Source of the DNA: Octopus vulgaris
Taxonomy: Eukaryota
Assembly (NCBI GenBank): GCA_951406725.2
Contig: OX597838.1
Coordinates: forward strand, 44,020,001-44,084,000
DNA: 64,000 nt
Reading direction: 5' to 3'
Of this stretch, positions 1-13,939 are shown piece after piece (the first letter of the stretch is position 1; every line of letters begins with the position of its first letter). A program made the translations under genes and the position numbers. The notes below the pieces were generated by a model. The model saw only the letters and a program-made list of their open reading frames with translations. It did no database searches and was not told where the DNA came from.

Positions 1-35
1 GACAGGGCAAATAAACATAACAAAAATTTTAATTA

Positions 36-126
36 GTTCGGGACAATTGTTTCGCTATTAATAAATTAATAAATTATGTAATTTTACTCACATAATATAC
101 CTTTATTTGTAGCTCCTCGGCCGAAC
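36..126 (-). ncRNA. Minimal type I hammerhead ribozyme-like motif (Penelope type), core variant U4C
   Basis: Minus strand reads GUUCGG-CCGAGGA-GCUA...UAGC-GAAA-CAAUUG-UC-CCGAAC: stem I, core, stem II, GAAA, palindromic stem III and UC cleavage site. Confidence 0.6.
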
Positions 127-911
127 CCATTCAGAATACAATTAACTCGACCGCACGCTATACTTCACCACCACGACAAACGCACGTGCAGTCCAGCCAA
201 TTGCATTCGTTGCTATAGTTTAAGTACCCCTGTCTTAGCCCGCCAACACTCACGGAAACAGATACTACATCCAAAATTAAATGTAGCATAGTTACAATAC
301 GTATAAAATGTATGAAAATCCGGGTTTTATATGCACGAAGCCGCTTGGTGTTGAATGGATGTACTATTAAATTAGTATACAAATTTCTCACCCTCATTAG
401 TTGATTATATATATATATGTATGTATATATATATATATACGTGCACACTCATAAACACACACGCACGCCCCTCCCCCCACATACAACATATATATTACCT
501 AACGGAATCAGCGTTCTACGGGGAGCATGCGATCAGCGGATGTTATTACTGTCGCTTGATTTCCGTTGTCCATTGAAGTTAAACTGTAGTTTGAGGTAAC
601 ATAATCAATTATATTGGAGGCCACGCAGTAGTGCGAGCCTAACATGATCGATAATTATATAAGAGGTCTCAGTGGAGATCCTACCAATAGAAACTTTTGA
701 CAGGATCGATCAATGTCTTGTTTCGTTTCAGGTTTAATGACTTTGGAATAGAATAGAATATTGGACGCAAATTACACACAGAGTAACACGTATTTACATA
801 CATATGCATACGGACACAAATCTACAACCAGTGGCGAACTCATATAAATATATGTACATATGTATGTGTATAAATATGTCCATATGTGTATGTGTGTATG
901 TGTATATATAA

Positions 912-950
<39 letters not shown>

Positions 951-1189
951 TATATGAGAGACACCTACAGACGCTAACGCAGATAGGAATAATATTATTT
1001 ACACAGACTTACTGCCGCACAAATACGAGCCTCAAGGGACGTATTTGTGTCCATTACATAAACATGCTCGCACACACGTTCATACTGAGAGGCAAATATA
1101 TATGTGTATGTATGTATGTAACCCTATGTGTGTATGTGTGTGTGTATGTTTGAGTATGCGTGTGTATACTTATACATATATGTATGTAC

Positions 1190-1220
<31 letters not shown>

Positions 1221-1346
1221 ATAAAAAATTAATAAAAATCTGTAAATGTAAAACCATCCAGATTACTGAGTACCTTATTTCTACTAATATATAATACCTG
1301 TACATCACCTCCAAACCTTCTAATATAAATATACATATATATATAT

Positions 1347-1740
1347 ACTCTTTTACTCTTTACTCTTTTACTTGTTTCAGTCATTTGACTGCGGCCATGC
1401 TGGAGCACCACCTTTAATCGAGCCCGGGACTTAATCTTTGTAAGCCCAGTACATATTCTATCGGTCTCTTTTGCCGAACCGCTATGTGACGGGGACATAA
1501 ACACACCAGCATCAGTTGTCAAGCAATGCTACGGGGACAAACACAGATACACAAACACACATATATATACATATATACATATATACGACGGGCTTCTTTC
1601 AGTTTCCGTCTACCAAATCCACTCACAAGGCTTTGGTCGGCTCGAGGCTATAGTAGAAGACACGGGGTGCCGCGCAGTGGGACTGAACCCGGAACCATGT
1701 GGTTGGTAAACAAGCTACTTACCACACAGCTACTCCTGCG

Positions 1741-1742
<2 letters not shown>
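1347..1742 (-). mobile_element. tRNA-derived SINE with internal (CA/TA)n tract and (AAAAGAGT)n tail
   Basis: Minus-strand head GGCGCAGGAGTAGCTGTGTGGTAAG...GGTTCAGTCCC (pol III A/B boxes); tail GCTCCAGCATGGCCGCAGTCAAATGACTGAAACAAGT(AAAAGAGT)n; repeated at 32868-33287. Confidence 0.85.
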
Positions 1743-1802
<60 letters not shown>

Positions 1803-2537
1803 CCTTTCAGCGCAGACGTAAACGTAGGTGGACATAGCTAGTCATAAAAACAAATACGCACACCTACACGCAATTAAATACATCCATACTTATATTGTAC
1901 GAACACATACAGATCCCTACATGGCCGCACACATGTAATCCCACATGTGCTTCGACGTAGGCAGACGTTCATTCTATAGTATCAACCTCAGGTATATTAA
2001 TAGATGTGGACGTAACCACAAGCAAACACAACCGTGCATACCAGCAGATAAACACACTCACACACACACATGGACACACTTATGCAGTTACGCACATGCA
2101 TACACACATAAACACATCCCAACAGACTCGAATGTTTATTCACGGCTAGAAGCACGTAGATATGTATAGGGGACACTAATGCCCACAACTCCTACACACG
2201 GGCCTTGTAAGAAATAGAACTCCCTGATACATACATACATACACCCATACACACACACACACACACACAAGCATGGATGTAAGCGCACACACGCACACAC
2301 ACATACACACTGACACACACACACAAACATACACATGCACGCATATACACATGAAGAAATACATGCGGCTCTGTACGTTAATAGTCAGGCGCCCAGTCAA
2401 ACACGATTGCATGCTTACAGGTGTATAGATGTAAGGCCCCCCCACACACACAAACTGGGTCACTGAGAAAGGTTTTGCAGTATTGTTTCCAATCCTTTAT
2501 GGCCAGCGTTCAAATCCAGACGGTTGTTATATATGTG

Positions 2538-3050
2538 TACATTAATCCCTCATCATATCTCGGTTTACCTATCACGTACTCAGTACACTGCGGTTCGCCT
2601 ATCGCGCACTCAGTACATCACGGATTTTTCTGGCGAATATATGTAAATTTATATCGTGGATCCCTCAGAATATCGCGGGTTTCTGCAGCAGATAGGTATT
2701 TATATTCCTTTAGATTTTAATTATTTCTGTGGTAAAAATTAATAAATTGATAAATAAAAATACAGTACAGAACTGCACTGCATAACACGTTAATTAAAAT
2801 ATATTAATAAAGAAAATACGTAGGGTACCGTAGATGAGTAAACACAGAATTGCACGTACTGTACGGAAAACGAAACTTGGGAGGCGAGTGAGGGGGGGGG
2901 GGTTGTTTTGCATTCATAATAAAATAAATACAAATTATAAAAATGGGGGGAAATATACATACAGTAGAGAACTGTTTCTACTTCGGGGATTTTCACGTAT
3001 CGGGGGAGATTTTGAAATGTAACGCCCGCGATAGTTGAGGAATTACTGTA
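2538..3050. mobile_element. Pogo/Tigger-like MITE (decayed)
   Basis: Imperfect TIRs TACATTAATCCCTCATCATATC / GATAGTTGAGGAATTACTGTA with TA ends; no coding capacity. Confidence 0.55.
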
Positions 3051-3069
3051 TTTGTGCACATGAAGTTGC

Positions 3070-3325
3070 CTAGATCTGTGGTTAGGTTATTCGACTCACG
3101 ATCTGAAGGTGGTGATTTCGATTCCTAGCGGTGCTTTGAGTTCTTGTGCAGGACGCTTTATTTCACGTTGCTCCAGTCCGATCAGCTGGAAAAAATAAGT
3201 TGTATCTGTAATTGAAAGAGCCAGCCTCATCCCATTCTGTGTGACGCTGAACCTTGTAGAGAACTACGTTAAGTGCACGTATGTCTGTGGTGTACTCAGC
3301 CACTTCAACGTCAATTTCGCAAGCA
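3070..3325 (+). mobile_element. Degenerate tRNA-derived SINE (second family)
   Basis: GTGGTTAG...TTCGATTCC boxes followed by CTTTATTTCACGTTGCTCCAGT; homologous to the inverted copy at 15060-15365. Confidence 0.55.
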
Positions 3326-3455
3326 CATACCGTCGTCGTTTACGAGAGAGTGTCAGCTTGTTGTGTTTTTACGGTTATACCGAGATTTCGAATTTTATTT
3401 AGTAAATAAAATAATTTGCTGGGCGAAATTCTCATCAGTAACCGCGCCATAACAT

Positions 3456-3660
3456 TACTCTTTACTCTTTTACTCTTTTACTTGTTTCAGTCATTAGACT
3501 GTGGCCATGCTGGAGCAAATCGACCCCAGGACTTATTCTTTGTAAGCCTTGTACATATTCTATCGACTCTTTTTCCCGCACCTCTAAGTTACGGGGACAT
3601 AAACACACCACCATCGGTTGTCAAGCGATGTTGGTGGACAAACACAGACACACAAACATA
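3456..3660 (-). mobile_element. 3' half of the SINE family seen at 1347-1742
   Basis: (ACTCTTTT)n-ACTTGTTTCAGTCA...GGCCATGCTGGAGC...TCGGTTGTCAAGCG. Confidence 0.75.
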
Positions 3661-3664
3661 TACA

Positions 3665-3745
<81 letters not shown>

Positions 3746-4734
3746 TTTAGTGAATGATGTCATTCGATCAAGATTGCCAGGTATTCTTGACTGAAATGTA
3801 ATAGTGTCTTCTCTCCTTCCCTACAAAATATATAATCTCCACAACATTCGTTTTCCTGCCGTTGGCATCAAGACTGAATCTGAAGGAAACTTCAGCACCG
3901 TAGAGAAGAGACAATTCTCAATAAAATATATGGAAAACAGTTTCGACAATCTCCTTGACTTCCCCATTGATGCACACCAGACAATTTTGGAACGTAATAT
4001 TCAGTAGAGAGGTTTCCGAAACGCTTCTATACACAATAAATACAATGAATGTGAATACAATCGATATAAGCAGAATACCTTACATTGTTTCGAGGATTTC
4101 AAGGCAATTTTAGCGTCTTCTAAAAGAGTTAAAGTACGAGATAAGATTGAATTTTGATACGAGAAATTTCTTTTGATCCCAAACACTTTGCGAAGCATTA
4201 CGTTATATGCTATTTATGAATCTCTTCGAATATCTTTCTTGTGTAATACTCAAGAGGTATTAGTTAGATTAGGCACACTGAACAACTCAAGTGTAGAATA
4301 GATACATTGCGCTTAAATCTTGTGACTAGATAGTTTCTCTTTACGAATGCCTTTGATAAGAGGATGGGAAGAAATACGTTTCGAATGACGTCATCGCGTT
4401 GGTAATCTGGGTGAAAAGTTACATCGATGAAGAAGGCGACGAAGCACAATGAGAACTGCATATAATTTGTAGTAACGCAAGAACAAAGAAAAATAATAAG
4501 AAAGAAAAGAACAAAAATGCAATTCCCAATTGCAGAGAAGGAAACTTTTGTTAAAGATGATTGTTTACGCAGTTTCTTAGAGGCGCCGAATCTAAAAGAT
4601 GATGTTTGTTACATTGCGACAAAATACGCTTTGATCATTTATTTCTGGCGTTTGCTTTCAACTTGTGTTGATGAGTCTTCATGTGATAACCAAGATAAAA
4701 CGAACACATGTTTTGCCAATTCTTAACAATACGT

Positions 4735-4765
<31 letters not shown>

Positions 4766-4794
4766 TTATGTATGTATATATGTATGTATGTATG

Positions 4795-4828
<34 letters not shown>

Positions 4829-4836
4829 TGTATGTA

Positions 4837-4872
<36 letters not shown>

Positions 4873-6193
4873 TGTATGTATGTATGTATGTATGTATGTA
4901 TGTATATTACCATGGTAGCAAATAAATGTTGTCCCTAAACAACTAGGTTTCATAGAATTGACATTGTGATTGTCACGAACAACAACAGCGAAAGCAAAAA
5001 AAAAAATAATATAAGTGGGGTAACGGCTATAAAACCTCCATATTTTATATAATACGTTCCTTTCCCTCCATATTGGAAAGGGTAATAAAGCTTCGTTTGT
5101 TTCCTTTGAGAGTATTATGCTTGTTGAACGTAAATATAACCAGCATCTACTTTCTTGTAATGTTAATATTTCTTTTATGAAACATGAATTAATAAACCAA
5201 ATATGCTGGGGTAATAAAGTTTCCTTTTTATAAAGGTTCACAGTTCATACCGTGACATTATTAAAGCAAGAAATAATAACAAAAACTGAAAAACATAAAA
5301 ATGAAAATAAATAATAGATAAAAAAAAGTAATATGAACAATTTGGTTCCCAAAACCCGTAATTGAACAACTGATATCAAACAATTTTGAACCAGGCAAGA
5401 ATGCACAGATGTAATATATGCATTTTTCAGATTTATCAAAAGTTATGGTTAATGTTACAAAGACATTTCTATTTCTTTATTATTAGATATTTGCGCCACC
5501 GCATATCAATAATATTTCATTCCGTATAGTAGGCTTTCCTTCTTCGTAAGTAATTAATTAACAACATTTGCCTACTTTTCATTTTCTTCCAATGTCAACA
5601 GGGATTAAATCTTACACACAGAAATCTATCAACGGTAACAATATACGGTAACCCGGAGCAATATTGTATAAATTTCCCAGTAAAAGATATGTTTTGTTCT
5701 TTTGTCAACACAATAAGAAAAGAACGTATTTCGTTGTATTAATTTTATATTGATATTACAAGTATTACAAGAAAACCGATTGGATCTAAAGAATAAATAA
5801 CGAAGAGCGTCGGAATAACAAATCAAATCAAATAACTAATATAGCTGTGTGGTTAAGACGCTAGCTTTGTAACACAATGATTACTGGTTCGATATCACAC
5901 ACTTGCACTTTAGGTGAGTGTCTCCCACTTTAAAATACTTTGTGTTATAAAATACGATGTGAGTAAAATTCGGCAGACGGAGAATACGTTGAAATCTCGT
6001 CATACATATATACATACATACATAGATACTTAGATACATACATACATACAAATGACGCACACACACATACACACACACATATATATATATATATATGCAT
6101 ATATATATATATATGCATATATGTATGCGTGTATACAAAATGTGTGCCTGTCGGCGTGTGCATGCGTGTTTATACTCAATTGTGTATATGTGC

Positions 6194-6226
<33 letters not shown>

Positions 6227-6339
6227 CGTGTATGTATATATATATTTACATGTATGTTTATATCTACATGAATGAATACACATACATACAAACACACATA
6301 TATTCCGTGTCAAATGAGGTCGAATATAATTTTATAAAT

Positions 6340-8050
6340 ATAGTAGATATAATTTTAGCGGCTATAATAGAGTACAGAGGCAATCTTGGAACCGGTCTGT
6401 GAGGAAAGATTCATTCGACATAACAATGAAGTCCAGTGATTCAGCGCAAGTAACGGATATAGTTGGAATATACTTATCATCACAGATAGGATCTTGGTTC
6501 CCGAACTTAGGTGGAAGGGGATTATATAGAGACAATGATCTATTTACACTACAAGAAAGTAGTAAAGTAACAAAAACTGTTTGAATACGCACCACGGATG
6601 GAAATAGAAATAAATTCAGCCTCAACGATGGAAAGTTCGAACCATTCCATACCCGAAATGAAAACATAAAATATGTAAGCCGCGGATCTAACCATCTGGA
6701 ACTTATACCGTGAAGCCTCCAGAGAAGTGTGTCTAACAGAATATCCAGACTATCCGTGAGTGAACAGATATTCAACATGCACGCTGAATATTACAACTCA
6801 GCACTAGCTACGGCAGGTTATAAGGATAGAATTGTATATGTACAGAATAGGACAGAGAAGGCTCAATACCCAAAGAGTGTTATTTATATTAGAGGTAATC
6901 CTGTAAATAACCACAGAATACCAGACCCTAAAAAAAACAACATTAAAAATAATAGTGACGAATATTGAAAAATAGAACCACAACACCAAGAAGGATAAAT
7001 ATCAAAAAGAACCAAGGAATCAGCTGGCAAGGGTAAAAAAAGGGATTGATAAATGTAGCCAGAAATAGTAAACAGATAGTAGAAACATAAAACGAAACAT
7101 CGTAACAAACCGAATAAGTCTATTAAAAGAGATCGAAAAATAATTGATGAAATTATTTGGGTTAACCCAATTTTCAATTCGCAAATCAAATTCAAGATAG
7201 ATTAGGAATTCTTCTCAGCTTTAGATAGGCACTGCCCAAAAATCTTCCGAATATCATAGAATCATCAGCAGGCATAATGCGAAAATAGCATATGCGACTT
7301 CTCAGTCTAGAAGGCTACATACACAAACTACATAACATGAAACTGAATAGGACAAAACCAGAGGGAGCTTAGGTAAAAAACGCAGATGAAAACAAAATAG
7401 ACAACAATGGAATGATTGCAAGCAGGAATAATAAAAGCTCACCCATAACTAAAACGGGTCCAAATAGGGACATACAATTGACAGTGCAATCCATACTTAA
7501 GAAATATGAGAACAATATTAGAAGAGGAAGATCAAATGTGACCACCAATAATAACTTCGCTTACAGAACCGGAAAATATTATATAATATGTAACATCAGA
7601 GGAAAAATGAATGCCAGTATAACAACTGCTTGATAAAGAATGTAGTTCGGAAATGTGAAATGAAGATGGGCACAAAAAAATATGTGTACATCGATGGTAC
7701 CGGAGATACCATGAAAAATACTCGGCGCAACCATCTTACGTCCTTTTCCAATGTAAACAAAAGGCGGCACTCCACATCATTATCTATCTGGAAGCTCAAA
7801 CATAATGGAAAGGAGCACTCGATGAACTGGTCTATAACACCCCACCAAAAAACAAAACGCCACACCATACAACAGAACATCGTGGGTATTCAGCTTATGC
7901 CCAGATGTAAAACTGGAGATGATCACATCCAGAGAAAACATAATAGACATTCCGAAGTAATTATATCATGTAAGCGTAAAAGCAAAGCATCATTCAAAGA
8001 ATTCGAAAAGAACATTATAAAACGGGAAAACATTAAGCGCCATTAACATA
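6340..8050 (+). pseudogene. Penelope-like element relic (RT plus GIY-YIG endonuclease fragments)
   Basis: SFDITM..SDSAQVTDIVGIYL..GLYRDNDL (PLE RT, YRDD-like); IKNVVRKCE..YV(Y)IDGT..RNHLTSF..STSLSIWKLK (GIY-YIG region); many stops and frameshifts. Confidence 0.7.
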
Positions 8051-8674
8051 TAATGAAACAGGAGAAGATACAAACCAACTAGCAAAAGTAACCATTGTGT
8101 GCATATGCTATATGCTATACCATAGTACAACTAAAATGAATTAAAAGGGCATTTTAAAGGAACATCATTCCTCAAGTCAGAAAATGAACTTCAACAACAG
8201 AATAGCTGTACTTCCTCGCACTACTGCATCTGAATTCATTAAGGAGGCGCCTGCTGTGATTAAGATCAAGCAATCAATTATACTATCCACCCCGCCATCT
8301 GCATAAAAAGTATCAAAACGAAACTAATATCACCTTTATCAACATCATTTCTTTCTCTCTTTGTTTGTTATTATTTTTATTGTATTTGTGTAACGCCCGT
8401 TTTTTTCTGTCCTTGTTTTTGTATACATTCGCTGCTTTCTTCCAAGGAATCTAATGCTCTTAGTTTAGTTTTTCCTTGGAACTGGCCAGATTGCAGCAAT
8501 CTCAAGTATAATCAGCCCAAATTGCGAAGATAATCTGTTACTTGACTGACGAAAGAAAACTTCGAATGACTCGTCCTTGGTTTCTTTGTATCGTCTGTTT
8601 GGATATTTGTTGTCCCACTTTTGTACCACCTAACTGTCCGGATGTTTTGCGTTCTTGTCCCATTTTGTATTTTA

Positions 8675-8763
<89 letters not shown>

Positions 8764-8791
8764 ATGGAGCGGCGTACGTACACTTTGGTCT

Positions 8792-8848
<57 letters not shown>

Positions 8849-9084
8849 TTGTGTGTGAGTGTGTATGTGTATGTGTGCGTGCGTGTGTGTTTGTGTTGTG
8901 TGTGTGTCTTGTTACGTGTATTAGTGGAAATATAATTCCACTAATATATTCGACACAGCTTTGTCGAAATACCGGCTGTCCCACAATCCATTGGGCTAAT
9001 GAAGCGACTATATTATGACCAAATATTTGCCGTGAAAGAAAATTTGTTCCTCAGTTACAACGGAATACAGCAGCGATTATCATA

Positions 9085-10300
9085 TTAGTCTTTTTCTACA
9101 TAGGAACCACTCAGTCACACATTTCTCCCATCGTTTGATGCAACTCTGGAGACCGTTTTTGTAGAAGACCCCAGCTTGGTCCTCCAACCACGACATGACT
9201 TCAGAAATCAAGGCTGCATCATCTGGGAAACGCTTTCCTTTCAAAAACAACTTCACGGCTAGGAAGAGGTGAAAATCAGAGGGTGCAAGGTCAGGAGAGT
9301 AGGGGGAGGGGGGAGGAGTTCATAGCCGCACGCCTGTGCTTCTAATCTGGCGACACACGAGTTGTAGACCGGAGCGTTGTTCTGCAGGAGGAGGATGCCT
9401 TTGCTGATCTTGCCCCGCCTCTTGATTTTGATAGCTTCTCTTAATTTCCTCAAAAGTGAAGCATAACAGGCTCCTATAATTGTGGTACCCTTTGCCAGGA
9501 AATCTGTCATCACTACTCCGTTCTGGTCCCAGAAGACTGTGAGCATGACCTTGCCAGTGGAGGGCTGCACCCTTGCCTTCTTTGGAGGAGGTGAGTCACG
9601 GAGCTTCCACTGCATTGACTGGGCTTTGGTCTCTGGATCATAGTGATGGACCCAGGTTTAATCCCGTGTAATCAGTCTTTTGAAAAATTTTGACTCATCT
9701 TCTTGGCACATCTCCAAATTCATCCTCGAGCACTCAACGCGTTCTTGCTTCTGGAAAGGTGTGAGCAACCTGGGAATCCATCTGGCAGACACCTTTTGCA
9801 TATGCAAATGGTCATGAATGATAGTTTCCACAGACCCGGTACTAATCTTGACCTTATGGGCTATTTGGCGAATAGTTATGCGTTGACCTTCCAAAATGGC
9901 AGCCTCAACTTGACGGACAGACGTCTCATCAACGGCAGAAGGGGGCGACCAGATCTGGGAGCTGTTTCCACAGAGTTCCAACCATGTTTGAATTCACGAT
10001 GCCAGCGTTTTACAAGGTCATATGATGGGGCATCCTCACCATAAGTTACTTTCATTTCATCAAAAGTCTCCCGTGGTGTGCGTCCTTTCAAATACAAAAA
10101 CCGCATCACTGCTCGACACTCAACAGGCTCCATTTCACCCTTGACTCAGTTCAAACACCCTTATATCAGAAACCACAATTAGTTCAGAGCTGTAATTTGC
10201 CACCTAATCTATAGAGATATAAATAATTGCACATCAAACAACAGCTAGATCAAACAACTGCAAGTGGGTCAGAGGCATTACTTATTGAACGCCCCTCGTA
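9085..10300 (-). mobile_element. Mariner (DD34D) transposon with frameshifted transposase pseudogene (ATG at 10133)
   Basis: TIR TACGAGGGGCGTTCAATAAGTAATGCC at the right end; HTH (TFDEMKVTYGEDAPSYDLVKRW), WIPRLL, KVMLTVFWD and YSPDLAPSDF-type motifs across three ORF fragments. Confidence 0.9.
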
Positions 10301-11259
10301 TATACATATTACAGGGAAACCACTTTGTGGACACCCTTAGGCTAGAAATAGATCCGCTATGGTCTTCCCACTAAGAAATGTTCTCAAGAGAAATTTAGCA
10401 AAACAACCAAAACGTAATCGATCAAAACAAAAGAAAAAGCAATAAAAATATGGATTATTCGCATTCATGTTTCACTATTAACATTACGTAACTTTACTTA
10501 CATAATTGTCCGTAGATCATCGGTGCGACCGTCCAGATTAATATAATTTGCAAGACTGCATACTAGGACACTGCATATATGGGAAACTCTTATCGAAGGG
10601 TATTGTTTTACATGGTGCTTAATGTGACTTAATGTGTATGAATTCGTTAAATGATTCACATTAAGAGGTTGTTAAAATCTTATAAACATACGCAATGCAA
10701 AACTACATTGCTCTAAGATACCACGGTGCTTCGTTATTTTCTTTTGGAATCGCAAAATACATCTTTTAAACAGCACGCAATACAGACGGGTGTCATAAAT
10801 GTGAAATAATGACACCAGCATAGCATATATTTCATACAAGTCGAAAGTAGAGGATGCCATTTGCAGATGTTATTCCAATACATCCAACTTGATAATAATT
10901 CATTTTATACAGCTATTTCGCACTAATCTACCGAGTATGTGTGCACCTGTTTGTGAGAAGGAAGAGCAGTTTGTTTCCACAGCGGTTCACAATCGTTGAT
11001 AAATTTATTTCCATACAAAATTGTTTTCATACTATCTGTAGAAGCAGTTGTAAATTTCTCTTTATGGAGAGAGTCAGTATTAGAATGTAATTTTTCGACA
11101 ACATGGGGACATTCTAAATGGAGAGAATAGCGATGATATTTCATGAGAATCAACCTTGGATTGCTTAATTTCTTAAACGTGGGCATAAAATTTTGCACAC
11201 CACAAAGATTGTAGCTATATCCTCTAGAGTCACAAAACACCATTTTTAATATTGGTTTC

Positions 11260-11790
11260 AAATTTCGGCAGAAGGTTAGAAATTTGTAGCGATGCGGGCA
11301 AATCGATTATATCTACCCCAGCGTTCGACTGGTATTTATTTCATCGACCCCGAAAGGACGACAGGCAATGTTAGCGTCACGGTAAGAATTTTGCCACCTC
11401 GCCGCCTTATGCGATAATTAATATTCAAAAAGGTGAAAGCAGTGAGCTAGCAAAATCACTGGCCCACTTGGCATAACGCTTAGCGGCACTTCGTCCGTTT
11501 GTATATTCGGAGTTTAAATTTCCCCGAGGTCGAATTTGTCTTGGGGCATTTCAGTGTCAAAGAAATAAGCAGGAGTTAAGTGATCGATGTATTCGGCTAA
11601 TTCTCTCTTCAAAATTCCAGGCTTTGTACCTCTAGAAGAAAGGAATATTAGTTTTAAATTTTGGCATAAGGCCAGCAATTTTAGTGCTAAGTGGTAAGTC
11701 GATTACACCGACCCCAAAAGAATAAAGGTAAAAACCGACATCAGCAGAATTTGAACTCAGAACGTAGAGACGTATGGAATGCCACAAAGA
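11260..11790. mobile_element. Cluster of decayed SINE fragments (third family, Deu/Nin-domain-like) in both orientations
   Basis: Repeats of ATCGACCCCGAAAGG..AAGGCAA and AATTTGAACTCAGAACGTA shared with 12890, 45955 and 47115. Confidence 0.55.
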
Positions 11791-12889
11791 ATCTTTGTGA
11801 ACCGAAATGCGCTTTTAATTCTTTCTTGATTGCACCATGCTTTACTCTTTTGGCCTAAATCATCTTCCCATCATCGTGGAGGCCTTCTGTTAGGCTTTTC
11901 CCGACATCTTGGATACTACTCTGCAACTGCACGCGCTCATCTGTTGTCTGCTAACCTTGCTATATGCCCGCTCCGTGCTTTCGCTATTCTGCAATCACCT
12001 CCTTCACTCCATTCCGTTCTCCAGTTCACTATTTTCGGCTCTGCTTTTGCAATGGTATTTGTAGCCTGCACCTTTCGATGGCCCTTTGCGTTGTAGGCAA
12101 TCGACGTTCTTTCCCTCTTCGTCGTATCCCACGTCTCACTTACGTATAAGAGTGCACGGTGGACGATGCTATTGAAGGGATTGACACGTAGGGTCCTTTC
12201 TAGCTTTTGTCACTGTGTATATTCGCTTTCATTTGCAGATTTTACTCCAGAATTCATTCCTTCAACGCCTAGCAGATGATCTAACATGTCAACATTACCA
12301 TAACACAGTAAACACCAATCACTGTAATTCTGTGCTTATTGTTTTCCCAATATCTGAAGCAATTCTTCCTTTATTTGCATAAAGTCAATACTGACTCTTT
12401 GAATTCTATTTTCTTGTCTTAAATTTAATGTAAATAAACCGTATCACTTGGGCCAGATTACTCACAAAGCGCTAAATCAGGCGTGGAAAGTCAAACAGAA
12501 TAGAATAAATATTTGTTTCTACAAATGGCTGATGAGTAATAATACCGCAGAGCTAAAGCCGTGAGATTGAACATTTCAAATTAAATTTCGTGTGAAAAAT
12601 AAGATATTAATGTTTGCTCCTTTATAAACGATATAAATGCTGTCACTCATTATGTTATTATATTTATTAATTACTGCAAAAGAGAGATGAAGTTTCCAGG
12701 CTGTTTGTTTGAAGTTATGTCCTAGGCAGAAGCAGAAAAGGAAAGATTGTAAGAAGCTAAATGCTGTATACACTACAGCAGTACATCACTTCAGTTATAT
12801 ATGCTTTGAGGAATAGGATTCCCCAGGCCTTCAGTGATGTCTTGTTCAAGATTAATATGGAGCGACGCCTTTTATAGAAAGAGCTAATA

Positions 12890-13105
12890 TTGGTTTACCA
12901 TTTTGGCATAAGGCCATCAATTTCGAGGGAGATTGTAAGTTGATTAGATCGACCCCAGTAGTCAACTGGTACTTATTTTATCGACTCCGAATGGATAAAA
13001 GGCAAAATCGACCTCGGTGTAATTTGAAATCAGAACGTAGGAATCGACGAAATGCCGCCAAACATTTTTCCCGGCGTTCTTATGATTCTGCGAGCTTCGC
13101 CGCCT
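12890..13105 (-). mobile_element. tRNA-derived SINE, third family (Deu/Nin-domain-like)
   Basis: Minus strand GGCGGCGAAGCTCGCAGAATC...CTGATTTCAAATTACACCGAGGTCGATTTTGCCTTTTATCCATTCGGAGTCGATAAAATAAGTACCAG. Confidence 0.7.
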
Positions 13106-13939
13106 TCAGAGGAATTAATGCCAATTACCTGTATAGTCGATACATATATACATTCATACATACAAACATTGTTCAGGCTTTCACAGGCTAAAGATTGGGC
13201 TAAAACTAGCAAATAGCGCTACTATTGAGGACTGCAGGCTCCTGTTTTTGTAATTTGAATTACTTTAATAAATTGGGACAACAATCAGTTATTAAATTTT
13301 ATTTGCAAATTGATATTAATGATAGTTTAAATCAATTAGTAAAATTTATAGACAAATTAAATGAAGTCTAATTTGCTGCATTCTTAAATATTTTAAATAA
13401 TATTTTGTTATGAATACACAACCACGGAAAACAAACCGAAGTATTATAATTAATATGAAATTAAAATAACTTAATACGATATTTTACCAGAGCCGTTCAT
13501 AATAGTAATGCATGCATTACGAAAAACTACTAATGTGGAATTCTACGACCTTTTACTTTCTATTGGAATTTATTGCATTATCGATCATTACATCATACAA
13601 TGGCTGCTAGAGTACCAATACCAATTACATTAGATGTTCTTAACAAATTCTTCAAGCGGTTATTTAAACATGTGCGTTAATATCTTTAAATATTTTCTTT
13701 GTAAATTCAATGTAATATTTCAATATTGTTTAAAATTCATTGAAACTCAAGTATTTTACTAATTATAAATAATCAATAAATTGTATTGATATTGTTTTAT
13801 GCTATAGAAGGACTGGAATCCAGGATTTGAAACATTGGTGAACGCACATGTGCTGCTGAGAGCAAGGTGAAGCCTGCTGTCAACAGTGGCTCGGAATGAG
13901 TTTCGCGTATGGCGCTCTTGCACCTATTTGTTATTGATG

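Noticed and set aside
8545-8578. CTGACGA..CGAATGACTCGTC hammerhead-like words near the Penelope relic
   Set aside because: The GAAA core is broken and no stem I was found
10923-11261. 112-aa ORF ending in an HKQVHT zinc-finger-like word
   Set aside because: No paired cysteines at C2H2 spacing and no other exon evidence
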